Source: Octopus bimaculoides
Taxonomy: Eukaryota
NCBI RefSeq assembly: GCF_001194135.2
Contig: NC_068984.1
Span: forward strand, 18,103,235-18,167,234
Length of the DNA: 64,000 bases
Direction: 5' to 3'
Positions 1 to 13,713 of the stretch are shown piece by piece; position 1 is the first letter of the stretch; the number at the start of each line of letters is the position of its first letter. Made by a program: the position numbers and the translations under genes. The notes beneath the pieces were generated by a model. The model searched no databases. It was not told where the DNA came from and was given only the letters and a program-made list of their open reading frames with translations.

Positions 1-1489
1 CTTTCGGATTCTTTGTGATTTCCATTTTCATTCCATTTATTTTTATCGCCAGTAACACTTCAACTCTCTGTTCAATCTTATAACATCATCATCATCATCA
101 TCATACATCTGTGTTTCCATACTGGCATGGGTTATCATGGCTCATGTTATCTTGCATATACAACAGTAGATAAAAATGGGCCAACTTAGGAGTTGAACAT
201 GTCTTGAAGTGTGATCTGAATGCATTTCATGCCATTGGCACAACAGCTATTGTGGGAGAACAAAAGGGTCACATCTGCTTTGTGTCAGTTCTTATTCAAA
301 GTTACTGCCCTCCTTCACATATAGCCTACAACATGACTTGTAGAGCCCACATCCTGTACACGTATTCCATTTTGGCATGTTTTCTATACCTGGGTGCACA
401 ACATATCCCTGACAATAGTGTATACCATATTTTAGTGTACCACCAACATGAGAGAACTTATCTGCAGAAGGACTGATGTGTATCCTCTACTCTATATTGG
501 TTTTTATTTGGAGTTATTGCCTCCCTAAATGAGTAGGTTATGATGTGGCTTGTAAAGTTTATTCCTTACTCTTATACATGCACTGGGCACTCGTGCACAC
601 ACACCACACTGCATGCATTGCCTCCTTTTGTATGGCCATTGATATTTCCCATTTACTTTCTAATCTGAAATAGTACAAATATATTTAATTTAATTGTATT
701 TAAATGATCTGACAGTTAATTAAAAAAATGTCGGGTTGGGGCAAAGAAAGAATGTTATGAAGTTATTAATTTGCTACTTAATAGATTTATTAATAATATA
801 TAGTATGAGTTTGTTAATGATACTTAATATATATGTTATAAAATTAAGTGCATAATAAATTTGCTTACTTCTACATAATTTTGTATTAATACATAGTTAT
901 GTAGTTCAAGTCTGTTGCATTAGCAGTTATAGGATTTGAAAGGCATTGGACAATTTCAATAATTCCATAAGGCCTAGATGCTTTCTCACCTTCACTTCAA
1001 ATTACAGCTAATCCTTTTGGCCTCTTGCCAAGAAAATTTCTACTTAATTAACAGAAATATCGTTCATCAAGATGACTCCAGGTAGCATTCCTGCACATAA
1101 GGCCATCCATGTTCTCTCTCTCTCTCTCTCTCTCTCCCTCTCTCTCTCCCTCTCTCTCTCCCTCTCTCTCTCCCTCTCTATCTCTCTACGCACACTTTTT
1201 TTATTCTTTCTGCCTCCCTTATTTGCACACATATCCACCAAGTGCACAAAGCCCCTCTAATCACTCCTAGCATTTTCTTTTTATTACATTCAAGTGAACG
1301 AGATTCAAATTGAATTTGGAATTGCAATAAGCAATTGAGATAGGTCAGGTAAAACTCCACTACAGCTCCCTTCTCAAATTTAGAAGTAACTGCCAAGATT
1401 ACTTTTAAAGAACCATTTTTAACCAAGCAGGCAGAATTCACTCTTAATCAATGGCCCAAGAAGATGGCAAAGGATCAGCAGGAAGCAAA

Positions 1490-2400
1490 GGCGTATTGGA
1501 TGAACCAGTGTTCACTGATGAAAGGGTGTAATAAATGGTGAAGCAGGAGAGGTTTCACAGCGTTTTGGTTCCAATAAATGAAAATGTTCAAGTTGTATCA
1601 AAGCCACTGGGTGAGTAAAAAGAAGATACAAATAGACAGAAGATGTATTTGTTGGCTAAATATCAGGCAGAAAATCACAGAAAAAAGAAAATGTCGACCA
1701 TGTATACTAACTGTCAGAAAACTAAAAAATTTAGCAAAAACCTTCATGTTGCATCGGACCATTTCAAGAATAAATGTTTATCATCGTAGATGAACATTCA
1801 CAATGTCTCTTCATTGCAAGGATGACTCTGATACTGATGGTATAGTAAGATATACCGAATACTCTAAAAACTTTGTAATAAATGGACTGCCAGACGCCAT
1901 AGTGACACACAATATATTTTCATTTATTGGCAAGAAATTTTGCATTTATTAAGTGACAACAGTCATGTTTCATCAACAGGTCAGTGGTCATGCAGAACAA
2001 TTTGTTGTCCAAACATAAAACAAGATATGGAGAGGAATTTGGTAGACAGTATGAAGCTGTTGAAGCAATAAACCTTTTTTCTCATGGCCTATAAATCAAT
2101 ACTGAATTTATGGCAGAATTACAAATCATCACCAGAGATATTCTATGGCTGTAAAGAGTTGTTTTATTGTTGCACCCATATAATAAAGCTGATGTGGAAA
2201 ACTCTTCTCAGCGATATCTAACGTTTGAAGTTGAAAATCTGAACATTGATATATACCAGGAACTATGACAAAAGGCTAAAAGTTGATTCCTGAGAATGTC
2301 AATATATGAAAGGAAATCTTTTCTGTCAGAATGGACAGAGGCTTTTGGAAGAGGCACCAAATCAAATTGTCACAAAAAACATTCTGGGAACATAAAAGAA
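1490..2400 (+). mobile_element. Degenerate Ty3/Gypsy LTR-retrotransposon integrase fragment
   Basis: Motifs occur in correct order across frameshifts and stops: YQSHWVSKKKIQIDRRCICWLNI (zinc-binding region, ~1596-1665), IGPFQE*MFIIVDEHSQC (~1753-1806), GLPDAIVTHN (~1884), SGHAEQFV (~1983; cf. SNGQAERFV), WKRHQ (~2346). Confidence 0.8.
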
Positions 2401-3545
2401 CCTATAATGGAAGAATTTGTTCAAGAACTAAGATTAACTTACCAGAAAAGTATTTGTAGAGTCTACATCTTGCCTCATACATTCCATTTTGTTGTTTCCT
2501 GTGGCAGGATGCTTCTTGTGTCTCCAACCCCTTTACAGAGTGTATTTTAGCATAACACTACCACTAGAAGACTTGCCTGGGGAAGGCCACATTAGTAACA
2601 TCAACCCTGTATCATTTCTGCTTTCCCAGATGGGTACGCTGCAATGTGGTTTTGTGGAATTCATATTTTGCTTGAATGCACCCCCACACCACATTAGACA
2701 CATTCTTTACCCTCCTTCGTGCAGCCACTGACACTTTTTTTGTTTAATTTCTTACGCAAAATGATATAGATATAGTCTATTGAACTGTACTTGAATGATC
2801 TGAGAATTAGTAGTAATAAATATTTCATCAAATGAGTAAATATATCTTCACATGAGTTTATTAATAATATATTTAAACTATCTTCTTATTGAATTATGTA
2901 TACAATTTGGTTATTTACTTACACATAATTGTATATTAATAAAATTTAGCTTTGATTTACTTAATAGATTATGATTTACTTTGCCTTCCAGTCTACACAC
3001 CTCACACCTCAGTTGGTAACCTATGGGGCTTAACAAAATATTTTCCAACTGTGCTTTCTACTTCCTGAAGACAGCCTTATGTTAAACACTACATTGTTCA
3101 GCTGGTTCTACACACTTCCATTCTTTCAGTCATTGACACAGCAATCTTGTATTGCATAGCAGCATGACCTCAGTTGTCTCAATAATGGAAATGTTCACAA
3201 TAATAAAATTAGACTCACTTTTAACACCCATAAATCTCTCCCTGGTGGTACCAGATTTTATGATATTATCACAAAGTTAGTTTGTTGATACTGTCAGTTA
3301 AAAAGTTTTTGTCATAAAACGTATCTCAAGAACTTTCAGTGAATATCTTGCTCACCATCAACATTAACCTTACCTATGTTCTGAAGATAAGCTGAAGTAA
3401 CTTTTTCACAAAACACAATTGCCTGTATTGTATAACTCGGTAAAAGGTTTTCTTAATGTTAATAAATAATTTAACACCTTGGCCCTTCCTTGAGATACAG
3501 AATTTACACACACCTGTTGTAAGGAAGATCAATCACAATTGAGTA

Positions 3546-3695
3546 TATGGCTCTGTGGTTAAGAAGTTTGTTTGCCAACCTCTTGCTTTTGGGTTCAGTC
3601 TCATAGTGTGACATTTTGGGCAAGTGTTTCCTACTACAACATTAGATTGACTAAAGCCTTGTGAGTGATTGCGGTAGATAGAAACTGAAAGAAGC
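3546..3695 (+). mobile_element. SINE family A (tRNA-like head), 5' half, diverged
   Basis: Matches head and core of the copies at 58715 and 53455 (tggctctgtggttaagaag...gggcaagtgtttcctact...gccttgtgagtg...gaaactgaaagaagc). Confidence 0.75.
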
Positions 3696-3704
3696 TCTTG
3701 AGAA

Positions 3705-4165
3705 GACCTGGCAAGTAAAGTGAGATCACAGCCATAGCATACACCAGTGTTGCATAACCAGCCCATTTAAAAAGTACTTTTGAATCGTTGGGTGACATTC
3801 CATGCTTGAGGAGACCTATTGAGTCAAGTAAAATCAAAATCAAATCAAATCAAATCAAATGGAAATTGTAGTTGTGGCCGATGTCAGTGCTGCCTGACTG
3901 GCTCCTGTGCTGGTGGCATGCAATAAGCACCATGCATGCATGGGTCATTGTTAGTGCTGCCTGACTGGCTCCCATGCCGGTGGCACATAAAAAGCACCCA
4001 CTACACTCTCGGAGTGGTTGGCATTAGGAAGGGCATCCAGCTGTAGAAACATTGTCAGGCCAGATTGGAACCTAGTGCGGCCTCCTGGCTCGCCAGTCCC
4101 CATTCAAACCGTCCAAACCATGCTAGCATCGAAAACGGACGTTAAACGATGATAATAATGATGAT
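3705..4165 (+). mobile_element. Family B retroposon with (GAT)n tail
   Basis: Core aaaagcacccactacactctcggagtggttggcattaggaagggcatccagctgtagaaac and tail catgctagcatcgaaaacggacgttaaacgatgat, shared with 29478, 35618, 40205, 53875 and 60165. Confidence 0.85.
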
Positions 4166-4299
4166 ATATATATATGTATATACATATACATGCACATGTA
4201 CCCATGTGTATTTGCGTGAGTGAGTTAATATTTCCCTTGTGTTCACTGGTTTGTAAGCAATGGCTTTTTTGAGGGTATTGTTTGCTTGCTATCCACTGC

Positions 4300-4900
4300 A
4301 AAAGCATATCTGGGCTTCTTCACATTGTGCAATCTTTGTTAAGAAAAGGTTTCCTCTGTTTCCAGTTCTTTGCATAAAACGCATTCAGGCTATTTTTGTT
4401 TGATTGAGAGAGAGATTATTACCCCATTTCGAAGTATTATTGGATGTTGTTAAACTTGGTTCCCATTGGACAAGCTAAGTCATGTGATGAAAATTAGTGT
4501 AGACAGCTAGTGTGTCACTGCTAGCTGTTATTAGGTATTTTTAATATTTTGGGAGAAATGCTTGTCTGCAACAGCAGTAGGAGACTACCTTAGATTTCAT
4601 GTTGAGAAAATCTCATTTTAAGTCTCTTTTTGTATTTTTCCATATTGTTATGGATTAGTTGGATAGCACAACATCTTGTTATTTGTTGTGGTGTTTCATC
4701 ATTTGTTTCATGAATTCCAGTATTTTGAGATCAGTCCTCACTAGTGCTTTGCACAATTTTTTCTTCACAAACCTCCATCCATTCAGATTGTTTGACATTT
4801 TTTCACCCAGCTGACACTGTAGATAGCTGCACAAAATAAGATTTGAAATGCGGATGAAGAAATAATGCTGATTCACTGTTCTGTTTTATTTTTTAGCTCA
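4300..4900 (-). mobile_element. Possible hAT transposase fossil (C-terminal half)
   Basis: Weak motifs in expected order on the minus strand: QLGEK, LKMRFS, EPSL..KW..KIA, TEETFS. Heavily degenerate; eye alignment only. Confidence 0.25.
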
Positions 4901-5107
4901 ATAATCTTGTGTGTACATGTTTTTGAACAGAGTGATGGACTTAACTGAATCAAAGAGATTCAATTTTTTAACAGACTTCTTTCGAAATCATGCTAAATCT
5001 CTCAGTTCTAGTGTTTCCTTGTTGACTGAATCACTATTAAACATAGAATCTGAAGAATTATCAGGAACAATTGTGTTATCAGATAAAGCTCTTTCATTTC
5101 TCTCTCT

Positions 5108-5147
<40 letters not shown>

Positions 5148-5681
5148 ATTCTTATCATCACTACTTTTTTTGTAGTACCTAAAAAGGAAAATGTCAATTT
5201 GATAATAATTCCTCCTAATTTTATATTCTGATATGCTTCAAGAGATTATAGCAATTTTATTTGCCATTAATGTATTCTATCTGATAAGATTTAGAATGGG
5301 AGATGAAGCTCTTCCAGTCTCCTTTCTCCTTATGGTAATAAAGCTTGATGAGTGGTATTGACTTTACAATTTATGTGCTGAGGCTTAGGTAGAAATATTA
5401 TCCAAACTTTGCAGAACATTGCTTTCAGAAGTGTTTTGTCCTATGGGATTATGAAGATACTGAAAATGGTTGTTGCTGGGAAAAAAAAAATAAATAAATA
5501 AAATAACAAAACATTTTTTTCTTCTCGATATTTTTTTGGTATGGTGTCAGAAGATCAAAAGGAAATTGTAATATTTTTTAACTTGATTTCTATAGCGTTA
5601 TAGTGGAGGTACTTGCAACGCAGAATAGAAACCTGATTTTTAGATTGAAACTGATTTCATAAGGGTGGGAAAAGGAAAGAC

Positions 5682-5715
<34 letters not shown>

Positions 5716-5989
5716 ACATTGCAGCAGAAATCCTTTATTTCAAAAGCAGGAATATTGTTCTTTTTAAGTCTTTTAGATTCAGAATGGATTCCTTATTGCA
5801 TCACTAAAATTTTGGGAAAGTTTTATTTCTTTTTTTTATTTTTTAATAGAGTTTTAATCAATAACACTGATTAAATAATTTTTCTAGTGGGGTTGAGAAA
5901 ACTGTCTTTTTTTTTTGTCAATATAATTACAGTTGTTTTTTTTTTAAATGTATTTTGATAGCAATAATAACCTATTGAATCATGGTGAC

Positions 5990-7050
5990 TACATTGAAAG
6001 GGATTTATAGAAAGATACCCTGGAATCATTTACTTGTGTTTGCTACAAGTTCATTGGAATATTTTAAATCTGTTCTGTGCATTAACAAAAAAACTGCCAA
6101 TTACACAGTGATCTTGTTTGTTGCTGTAAAGTATATTGTTCCATGATAGCTATTTGTTGTTAGGAAATGTTGATCCAGTAAGAATTAAGTATATTCAACC
6201 ACTGCCAGTTATTTGACTTCCTATTTATCTGTTGTTAATGGTGATAGCTAGTGCGCATTCTTGAATAAAATGCCTAGTTCATCTTTTGATTTCTTATTTG
6301 TTGCCCTGGTATTTCTTAGGACTCTCAAGATGATTGATCTTTCATGAGACATGCTTCCACACAAACTATGCTTGATAGACAAAAATAAATCTGGTTGAGA
6401 TTGGCAAATTTCTTTGTGTTATCATTCATTCACTTCATTTCTGCACTAGTCAAGAGGATTTGATGCTCTGCACTCAATTCAAGCTGCCATCCATTTGGAT
6501 TGAAATTTCCATTTTGTTATTTTTCCATCATATTTTCTTCTAACTGGTTGTTTTTCCTGATTCTAGGATTGGAAGTCTCGAAGTAAAGCAAGCTTATTTG
6601 TAACTCGGAGATGGTGGTGTTCAGTTGATGATAGAATTAGTTTAAAGGCTTTCACTGGCACCGAGGAACTGTCTCCATAGAATTGTGTGCAGAGTCATGC
6701 GCTTCTCATTGATAGCAATTAGCATGAAGTAATGGTTCTTCATTAGTTCTGTTTTTGCAGCAAAACTAATCTTTGAATGCAGCGTTCCTCACCCCACCAA
6801 AAGAATGGTTCTGTAACCTGAATTAGATTTTTCAATGATGCTTTCTTCTACAAGTCTTGGTTTCACATAAAGCAGCAATATCTAAATACAGCTTTGCTAG
6901 TTTGTGAGTCACAAGTGGTCTGTTGTTGTCCTTCATATCAAGCAGAGTTCTGACACTCTATGAAACAATAATCATTTTGGTACAGAATAAGTGGGAGACG
7001 TCTTGGTGTTTTGTCTGCATAGAGAATGCTAATTATTAAAATATGACTAT
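5990..7050 (+). mobile_element. Possible second hAT transposase fossil
   Basis: Weak resemblance to CFAHxLNL (~6035), LIQ (~6170) and the dimerisation region SWFHIKQQYLNTALL (~6855-6900). Many stops. Confidence 0.25.
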
Positions 7051-7269
7051 AGGAGTTTTACTAGCGACTAATACCGTTGTGTTTGCTCTTTGTTATTATC
7101 AATAGCATGAACAAAAGTCAACTTTCAAGTTTTTCTCTTATTCAGAAAGATCAGTGCAACAGATCTCATTTCACTGGGTTTTATTGTTTTTAATTTTGAT
7201 ATTTGTTATTTTTATTAATCTATACATCTTAGCACCTAGTCCCGGTAATTTGTACACAATACTCTGCTA

Positions 7270-7486
7270 TAAACCTTTACTATTTAGATTACTCTGTCAA
7301 ATATAATGCTTATTTATTCACATTATTTTGAATTAATCATATATTATCATGTAGCTTCAAAATTTTGATGTTGATTTTTACAATGACATTATAGGGTAGG
7401 TGTGAGAGGCGAGGTCTGTCTGGTTTCAATTTAAAACTGGTAGAATATTTATCAAGAGCTGGCTAGTTTAAACATTAAAGGGGTAC
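7270..7486 (-). mobile_element. piggyBac-like MITE, diverged copy
   Basis: Reverse complement matches 19956-20143 (cctctcacacctaccctataatgtcatt...gattaattcaaaataatgtgaataaataa). Confidence 0.7.
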
Positions 7487-8294
7487 ATTGCAATATTATT
7501 GAGTTCATTGGATGAAGTTTTCATATCTCACTCCTTGGCCTTTCGTTTTTGGTAAAAATCAAAAAAGAAAATATTTATGCATTTCACTTAACACTACATT
7601 ATACCATCATGTGGTAGTTATAAATGCTGCAGATTAACAGTATAAATGATATAAATAATGCATGCCATCACTTAAAGATGAACTGGTCCTTGCTAAAGCT
7701 GTATTCAAATGCTCTTTCAATAATGGTATTTTAAAACCTGATTGGCAGGTTTAAATCTGGCATATAGACACCATTTAGGTGCTAGAACATAAAAAATAAT
7801 GCAACGAAACAAATACAAGTTTTACATGAGACAATACTTCATACATTGGTGATGACACGTATGCACAAATGTTCATGCACACTTACCTTTTATTTTCATA
7901 CTATACACACACATTTCCTTTTAACACTGCTAAACTAAACTAGCCCTAAGAACTTAAATCTTCTCTTTACACTCATCTTTTGTTCTTTTTGAAACTTTTC
8001 CCTGATGCATTTCTCTGAAAATTTCCTCCCATTTGTTTCAAATCCTACCACTTTCTTGACTGACTTGCACATAAACCTTACTAATCTCACCTAGTTATCC
8101 TTATATTTTGGTCTTGGAACACTTAAAAAAAAAATGCTATGGATATTGTCCGTCTTTCAGAAATCAGTGAAAATAATCCACATATTTTTAGATATGAATT
8201 TTAGATTTAGATGTTCTGTGTTAGTGGAAATTCCATTGCAGTTGATGTTATCTGTTGTAACTGTGAATATATAGTTTTTTTTTTGTTTTTTTTA

Positions 8295-8485
8295 AGCCAA
8301 TGAGATAGCTTCTATGTGTTGGCTCACTATGCTAGAAATAACAACTAACATATCCTATGAATAACATCTCATTGCTTTAAAAAAAAATGGAAATAATGCT
8401 TTAACCAAACAGTCCTAAAAACTTCTGGCATGGTCACAGGTGGAATGCCTTTAATCACAGGTCTGCTTGATCAGGTTGAGGTAGA
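8295..8485 (+). mobile_element. Interspersed repeat family E
   Basis: gctagaaataacaact...ggtcacaggtggaatgcctttaatcacaggtctgcttgatcagg; an inverted diverged counterpart lies at 57890-58075. Confidence 0.55.
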
Positions 8486-8685
8486 ATGATAAACATTCCA
8501 TCATTGTTATCCTTCATTCTTTTGTTTCCATTGATATCAAATTTCAAATAAAGGTGACACTTGAGTATTTATATCAACAATTACAACTGTTTCCTGATTT
8601 TATTTTACTGTATCTGAACTTATGTAATTACGTGGCTGATTATTTCAAGTTCATAAATAGAAAACACATTTGACTTTTGTTTGCC

Positions 8686-9290
8686 ATCATCATCATCATC
8701 ATCATCTTTGTAACATCCAGTTTTCCATGCTTGCATGTGTTGGATGAATTTGCTGAGGCAGATTTTCTCTGACTAGATGCTCTTCTTGTTGCCAACCCTC
8801 ACTTGTTTCCAATAAATAAAATTATTAACCATAACTCTGAGCACCTTTTCAAATTCCACCTGTTTAACACCCGTGGACATGTTTACAAAGTCAGAAAACA
8901 GCACAGCTCCCATGACTTTCGGAAACACTTTTTCACACTAAGAGTTGCTGAAGTATGGAACAAACTGCCGGCATCGGTTGTTAGTTGTCGGAGCACTGCA
9001 TCCTTCAAAACTTCCATGCTTCCTGAGATTCGCCAACACTACACCTGATTTTCTCCCCTCCATACACACGCAAGCATGTATCTGACTCATACACTGTTCA
9101 CTTTTCCAGACATTTGTACAATACTGCATATGCTTTATACGTACTTTTAACAAGTTGTAGTGCACCTGAGCACTGTATACAATAATTTCATTATTATTTT
9201 AAGGTAATATTACCCCTTCGCCAGACATGTTTTCATGACAGACTGGAGATGAATGACATTGCTTGAATGACAGTAACACTTGCTTACAGC
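8686..9290 (-). mobile_element. Family B2 retroposon interrupted by a CR1 insertion
   Basis: (CAT)n tail then gaggcagattttct...gccaaccctcacttgtttccaa, resuming after the LINE as aaggtaatattacccc...ccagacatgtttt. Compare copies at 51085 and 59894. Confidence 0.7.
8814..9200 (+). mobile_element. CR1/L2-group LINE 3' end (ORF2 C-terminus, 3' UTR, ATT tail)
   Basis: Encodes NTRGHVYKVRKQHSSHDFRKHFFTLRVAEVWNKLPASVVSCRSTASFK, the canonical CR1 ORF2 end (TRGH..K...FF..RV...WN.LP..VV...FK). Ends in ttcattattatttt. Confidence 0.9.
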
Positions 9291-9324
9291 CCTCACATAC
9301 TGTCAGAATAAGGAGGACACACAT

Positions 9325-9482
9325 GATGAGCTTCTTTTAGGTTTCATATACCAAATCGACCCTCTGGCTTTGGCTGGGCCAGGCCTCTATTTCAAGACAT
9401 TTGTCTAAGGTGCCGTGCTGTGAAACTGAACCAAGAACCTTGTGGTTGGGAAGTTAACTACTTAACCACACAGCCACACCTG
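9325..9482 (-). mobile_element. SINE family A, 5' half, diverged
   Basis: Reverse complement of the family A head (cttaaccacacagccacacctgc; gaactgaaccaagaaccttgtggttggg). Confidence 0.7.
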
Positions 9483-12344
9483 CATCTATATGTTTATATA
9501 TATATTGCATGTTGTTGCATGTAGTTTTGCAATCTCACTTATAAATTGTAGCTATAAAAAAAAATGTGAATGATGGTTGGTTTTACTATGTTATATATTT
9601 ACCCCTATTGCTGTATATCATAGTATGTTGATGACTAATTGGTACAATTGTATATTGGGATCATTGTGTTTTCCAAGTCCTTGTGATTTTATTCAGATCT
9701 ATTGTAGTTCACTGAATAATCATATACTGATAGAAGCAGCCAAATTAATGGCTGTGGTTGATGACTTGATTATTAATGAGTATTAATTATAACCAGTTGT
9801 CTTTTGTAATTCTTGCATTGGAGTGACATTCTGTATCATTTCACTAATCTCACATCTAAATTATCTGGAATGATGATGCCGTAGTAAAAGTTAATAATAT
9901 GTAAATGATTAGTATTAAAATAAACAATTTCTTTGTCTCAACTAAATTGCATTTTTTTCATTCTTTGTCCTCATTACAAAGCTGCAGTGACTACACAGTG
10001 TAAAGTTATTTCACTAAATATGCTGTTATACTATTTGTACCCTTAATATAATCAGACTTTATTAGATCTTTAAAAGCTTATTGATATATTGTTTCATAAA
10101 TGCATTTATTTTAAAGATATTTATTCTGCAGCTGCATTAGCAAGCAGGAAGATAACTTTTGTTCTTTTGGAAACTATTGCTTTTAAGAAGTTAAATTTTA
10201 TTATCGATTTATGGAAGCAAATCACCAATTCATTATGCGGCCTTCTCTCCTTTTATCTGCAGCAGCTGCTGTGTAATATAAAATAGCCAAATATTATGGT
10301 ATTTATTTGGTTAAAATTATTATTCAGTCCTGTTTATTGAAGTGGTCTTTGCTTTTGCTCATGTTTGTAGCTTATTAATATGTTCATTGTGTGTTACAAG
10401 GTAGATTATTTCTTCGATCAATTATTAGAATCTATCATTTATTAGCAGACATTATGATTAAGACAGAAAATATCCTTTGATAAATGTTATTTTCTCTCAG
10501 TAGTTGTAAAGAATATATATATATGTGTGTATATATATGTGTGTGTGCATACACTTATAACATGGAAAGAATCATATAGTTCTTTGATGTAGCCTTTAAT
10601 GATGCAAAACGCTCTGATATTATTTATTAGATCTCCTTAACTTTATTCTAAGAAACTACCTGACAAACAGAAGCATATAAAAAAACAGAATTCTGCAGAA
10701 AGAGTTTTCAGAGTTAAAGAATCTGTTACAGTCTGGTCACAATATGGTGAATATATAATTGCTCTAACCTTTATAATATTTATTATTAAAGGTAAAATGT
10801 AGTTATTCAATTGTTTTATTGGGTTTCTGTTTTTTACTGTCTGTAGAAGTGGAGTTATTTAAAGAAAATTGATTTTCTTTAAATCTTTAAGCTAGATGTT
10901 AAAACATTTTCTTTCAAACCTACTTTCCATAATGACATTTTTTTTGATAAAAGTTATTGAATATATTTATGAAAGTAAAAATTGCAAAAATAAGCAATTG
11001 TTTTATTGTAAGACATAATTTGCATATTTTGGATTACTACGACTGAAATTAGAAAAAACTTGCAACAAAACTTATTAAAGAACTGGTTTCTATTCTCAAT
11101 TTTAACCATTTTGCTTATTGTTTCTAACACCTTTAAGAAAATCATGACCAATACATAATATCTCTGTTTAGCCACGTTGCTAGTCTAGAAATCTCTGACG
11201 ACAGCAAACCACTTTCACAATTCACTTGCACTACACATTCTTTCCTCCTGAATTAATATTCCAGACACATTTTATGTCTCTAGACACTGCAGGTATTTTG
11301 TTTTCATCACCTGCAATTAGACTGACATTGAAATAAGTGGTTTTACATTATAATAAAAGGTGTTAGCCAAATAATCTTCTTCTAAAATATTTACTGAGAA
11401 TTAAATGGTACAATTATTGATGCATTTGTCTGTGTACATTTTCTTGACTAGACTTTATATTCAGTAACAAAATAGTGAAAATGAATGTGAATTTCTTATA
11501 TAATCATTCAATTGTTTACACTTTTATTTTTATTAAAAATAGCTTGTATGTAATAGATATTATTAAGTCGAAATTAAATTTTTCGAAATTCTTACTGTGG
11601 AGTTTATTTTATGAAATTGCCAATCTCTTGGTCATGTATCTTTTGTGTACATTTCTATACCTTTGTGCTATTTTGCACATGTGCTTTGTTATAAAAGTCC
11701 AGTAAGTAGACACTTATGTACATGGATTTTTTTATTTCTGTATTGGCATATGTTGTAGTCTTCCTAGTTATTGATCTTTTCATTTATTCAACTTAACCCT
11801 GTAGGACTTTGGGGTATTGATCAGTTCAAATAAGCATATATATATATATATATGAGGAAAATCATGCCACATGCTATGCAGCAGCTATATATTAATACAC
11901 TAAAGCCAAACATGTGACATAGTCACATTGTTAGTTGAAGGGAAAAGCAAAGAAGGAGAAAGAGAGAGCAAGAAGAGCGTTAGTGGTGAGAGCTAGGAGA
12001 AAGGGATTATGTGATTAAATAGTTGGTTGAAAGATGTTCTACAGAAAAGGAAAGAAATAGAACATTTAGCAGAGGGAATGTGGTATTGTTGAAAGGAAAG
12101 AGAGTGAGTGTATGTTTACTGAAGGGAATGTAGGAGTAGAAAATGCTATAACACTTGATATTCCACCTTCAATACTACACATGTTGACTTTTACATCATC
12201 TCATGAATCAAGGGCCTCAGAAAAAATATACAGTTCCATCTTAGAATTTTCAAAACGACTGCGGAATTTTCATGAGTATTGTTAGTATTAATAATTATCA
12301 AATAATGCTATATAAGAACATATTTCTGAGTTATAGTCACCCTT

Positions 12345-12762
12345 TTACTCTTTTTACTCTTACTTGTTTCAGTTATTTGACTGTGACCATGCTGGAGCAC
12401 CGCCTTTAGTTGAGCAAATCGACCACAGGACTTATTCTTTGTAAGCCTAGTACTTATTCTGTCGGTCTTTTTTGCTGAACCGCTAAGCTACAGGGACGTA
12501 AACACACCAGCATCAGTTGTCAAGCGATGTTGGGGGGACAAATGCAGACACATATACATACATATATATATGACGGACTTCTTTCAGTTTCCATCTACCA
12601 AATCCACTCACAAGGCTTTGGTCGGCCTGAGGCTGTAGCAGAAGANNNNNNNNNNGGTCGGCCTGAGGCTGTAGCAGAAGACACTTGCCCAAGGTGCCAC
12701 GCAGTGGGACTGAACCCGGAACCATGTGGTTGGTAAGCACGCTCTTTACCACACAGCCACTC
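12345..12762 (-). mobile_element. SINE family A, full length
   Basis: tRNA-like head with A box (tggctgtgtgg) and B box (ggttcagtccc), internal TG/TA microsatellite, and 3' tail gactgaaacaagtaagagtaaaa. Confidence 0.9.
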
Positions 12763-12979
12763 GATTATGCTAAAATAGTTTTGCTACTGTAAATCTAAGA
12801 GAACCCTTCACAGAGTTATGATCCCCAAATTATTTAGTTGATTCACACTGAAATGATGAAAGAACTCTGTACCATTTAGGACTATTTTAACTGTACACAT
12901 CAAGCAGCAAGACATTTACTGGTTAGGGCAATTTCTTGACAAGGTCTCACTTCTAAAATATTTTTTTCTACTCTGGGTG

Positions 12980-13175
12980 CAAGGCCTCAAATTTTGGGAG
13001 AGGGGGTCAGTCGGTTAGATCAACCCCAGTATGCAACTGGTACTTAATTTATTGACCCCGAAAGGATGAAAGACAAAGTTGACCTTGGCAGAATTTGAAC
13101 TCAGAACATAAAGATAGACAAAATAGCGCTAAGCATTTCAACCAGCGTGCTAACGTTTCTGCTAGTTCACTGCCT
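12980..13175 (-). mobile_element. SINE family F
   Basis: Core aactggtacttaatttattgaccccgaaaggatgaaagacaaagttgaccttggcagaatttgaactcagaac; homologous copies at 33330, 41885, 52815 and 54780. Confidence 0.8.
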
Positions 13176-13670
13176 TTCACTTCTAAAATATTGAATTATT
13201 GTGAGTACTGCTACCAACACTGACTCTTACTGCATACATTAACCAATATCTCTGATGGCAATCAATTTTTTAATTCACTTATTCTTTATTTTTTTTCCTC
13301 CAGTTACTGCAATTATTTTTATTGTCCTTGCCTTTGTTTCACCGTTAGCTGTGCATGCATTTTTTAAACTCTTTAAAAATGCTAAATTTTTAAGTTTCAC
13401 TAAAAACTAGGTCTTTGGAATATAAAAGTTTACAGGAATAACTAGTTTTGGTGCAAACTTGTTATCAGTTCAAATGTGTCTGAGGCATATTTAAACTGGT
13501 AACAAGTTTGTATTTATAAACACCACTGTTTATCGCTGTCACCCTGTACTTTATTTATGGCAAGCCGCTGAATTGCACAACCTGTCATTTTAATAGTTTT
13601 GATCTTTTAAGTAGTTACTGTAATAATTCTAATAACAAGAGACAGTCTAAGAGCTGACAGAGAGAGTGAG

Positions 13671-13713
<43 letters not shown>

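Noticed and set aside
300-470. Minus-strand HPGIENM resembling a Gypsy integrase zinc finger
   Set aside because: A single short motif with no supporting flanking residues.
3000-3330. Possible hAT (Buster/SPIN-type) remnant, LCNTRLLCQ versus HTEVRWLSRG
   Set aside because: Too degenerate to support by eye.
1044-5231. ERER / SLSL repeat ORFs
   Set aside because: Translations of (CT)n/(GA)n microsatellites, as are the HTHT, CVCV and YIYI ORFs elsewhere.
12620-12681. 26-bp direct duplication ggtcggcctgaggctgtagcagaaga
   Set aside because: It flanks a 10-N gap, so it is an unmerged contig overlap.
13303-13345. Hydrophobic frame VTAIIFIVLAFVSP after a tccag acceptor
   Set aside because: T-rich DNA yields such peptides by chance, the donor is weak and no partner exon was found.
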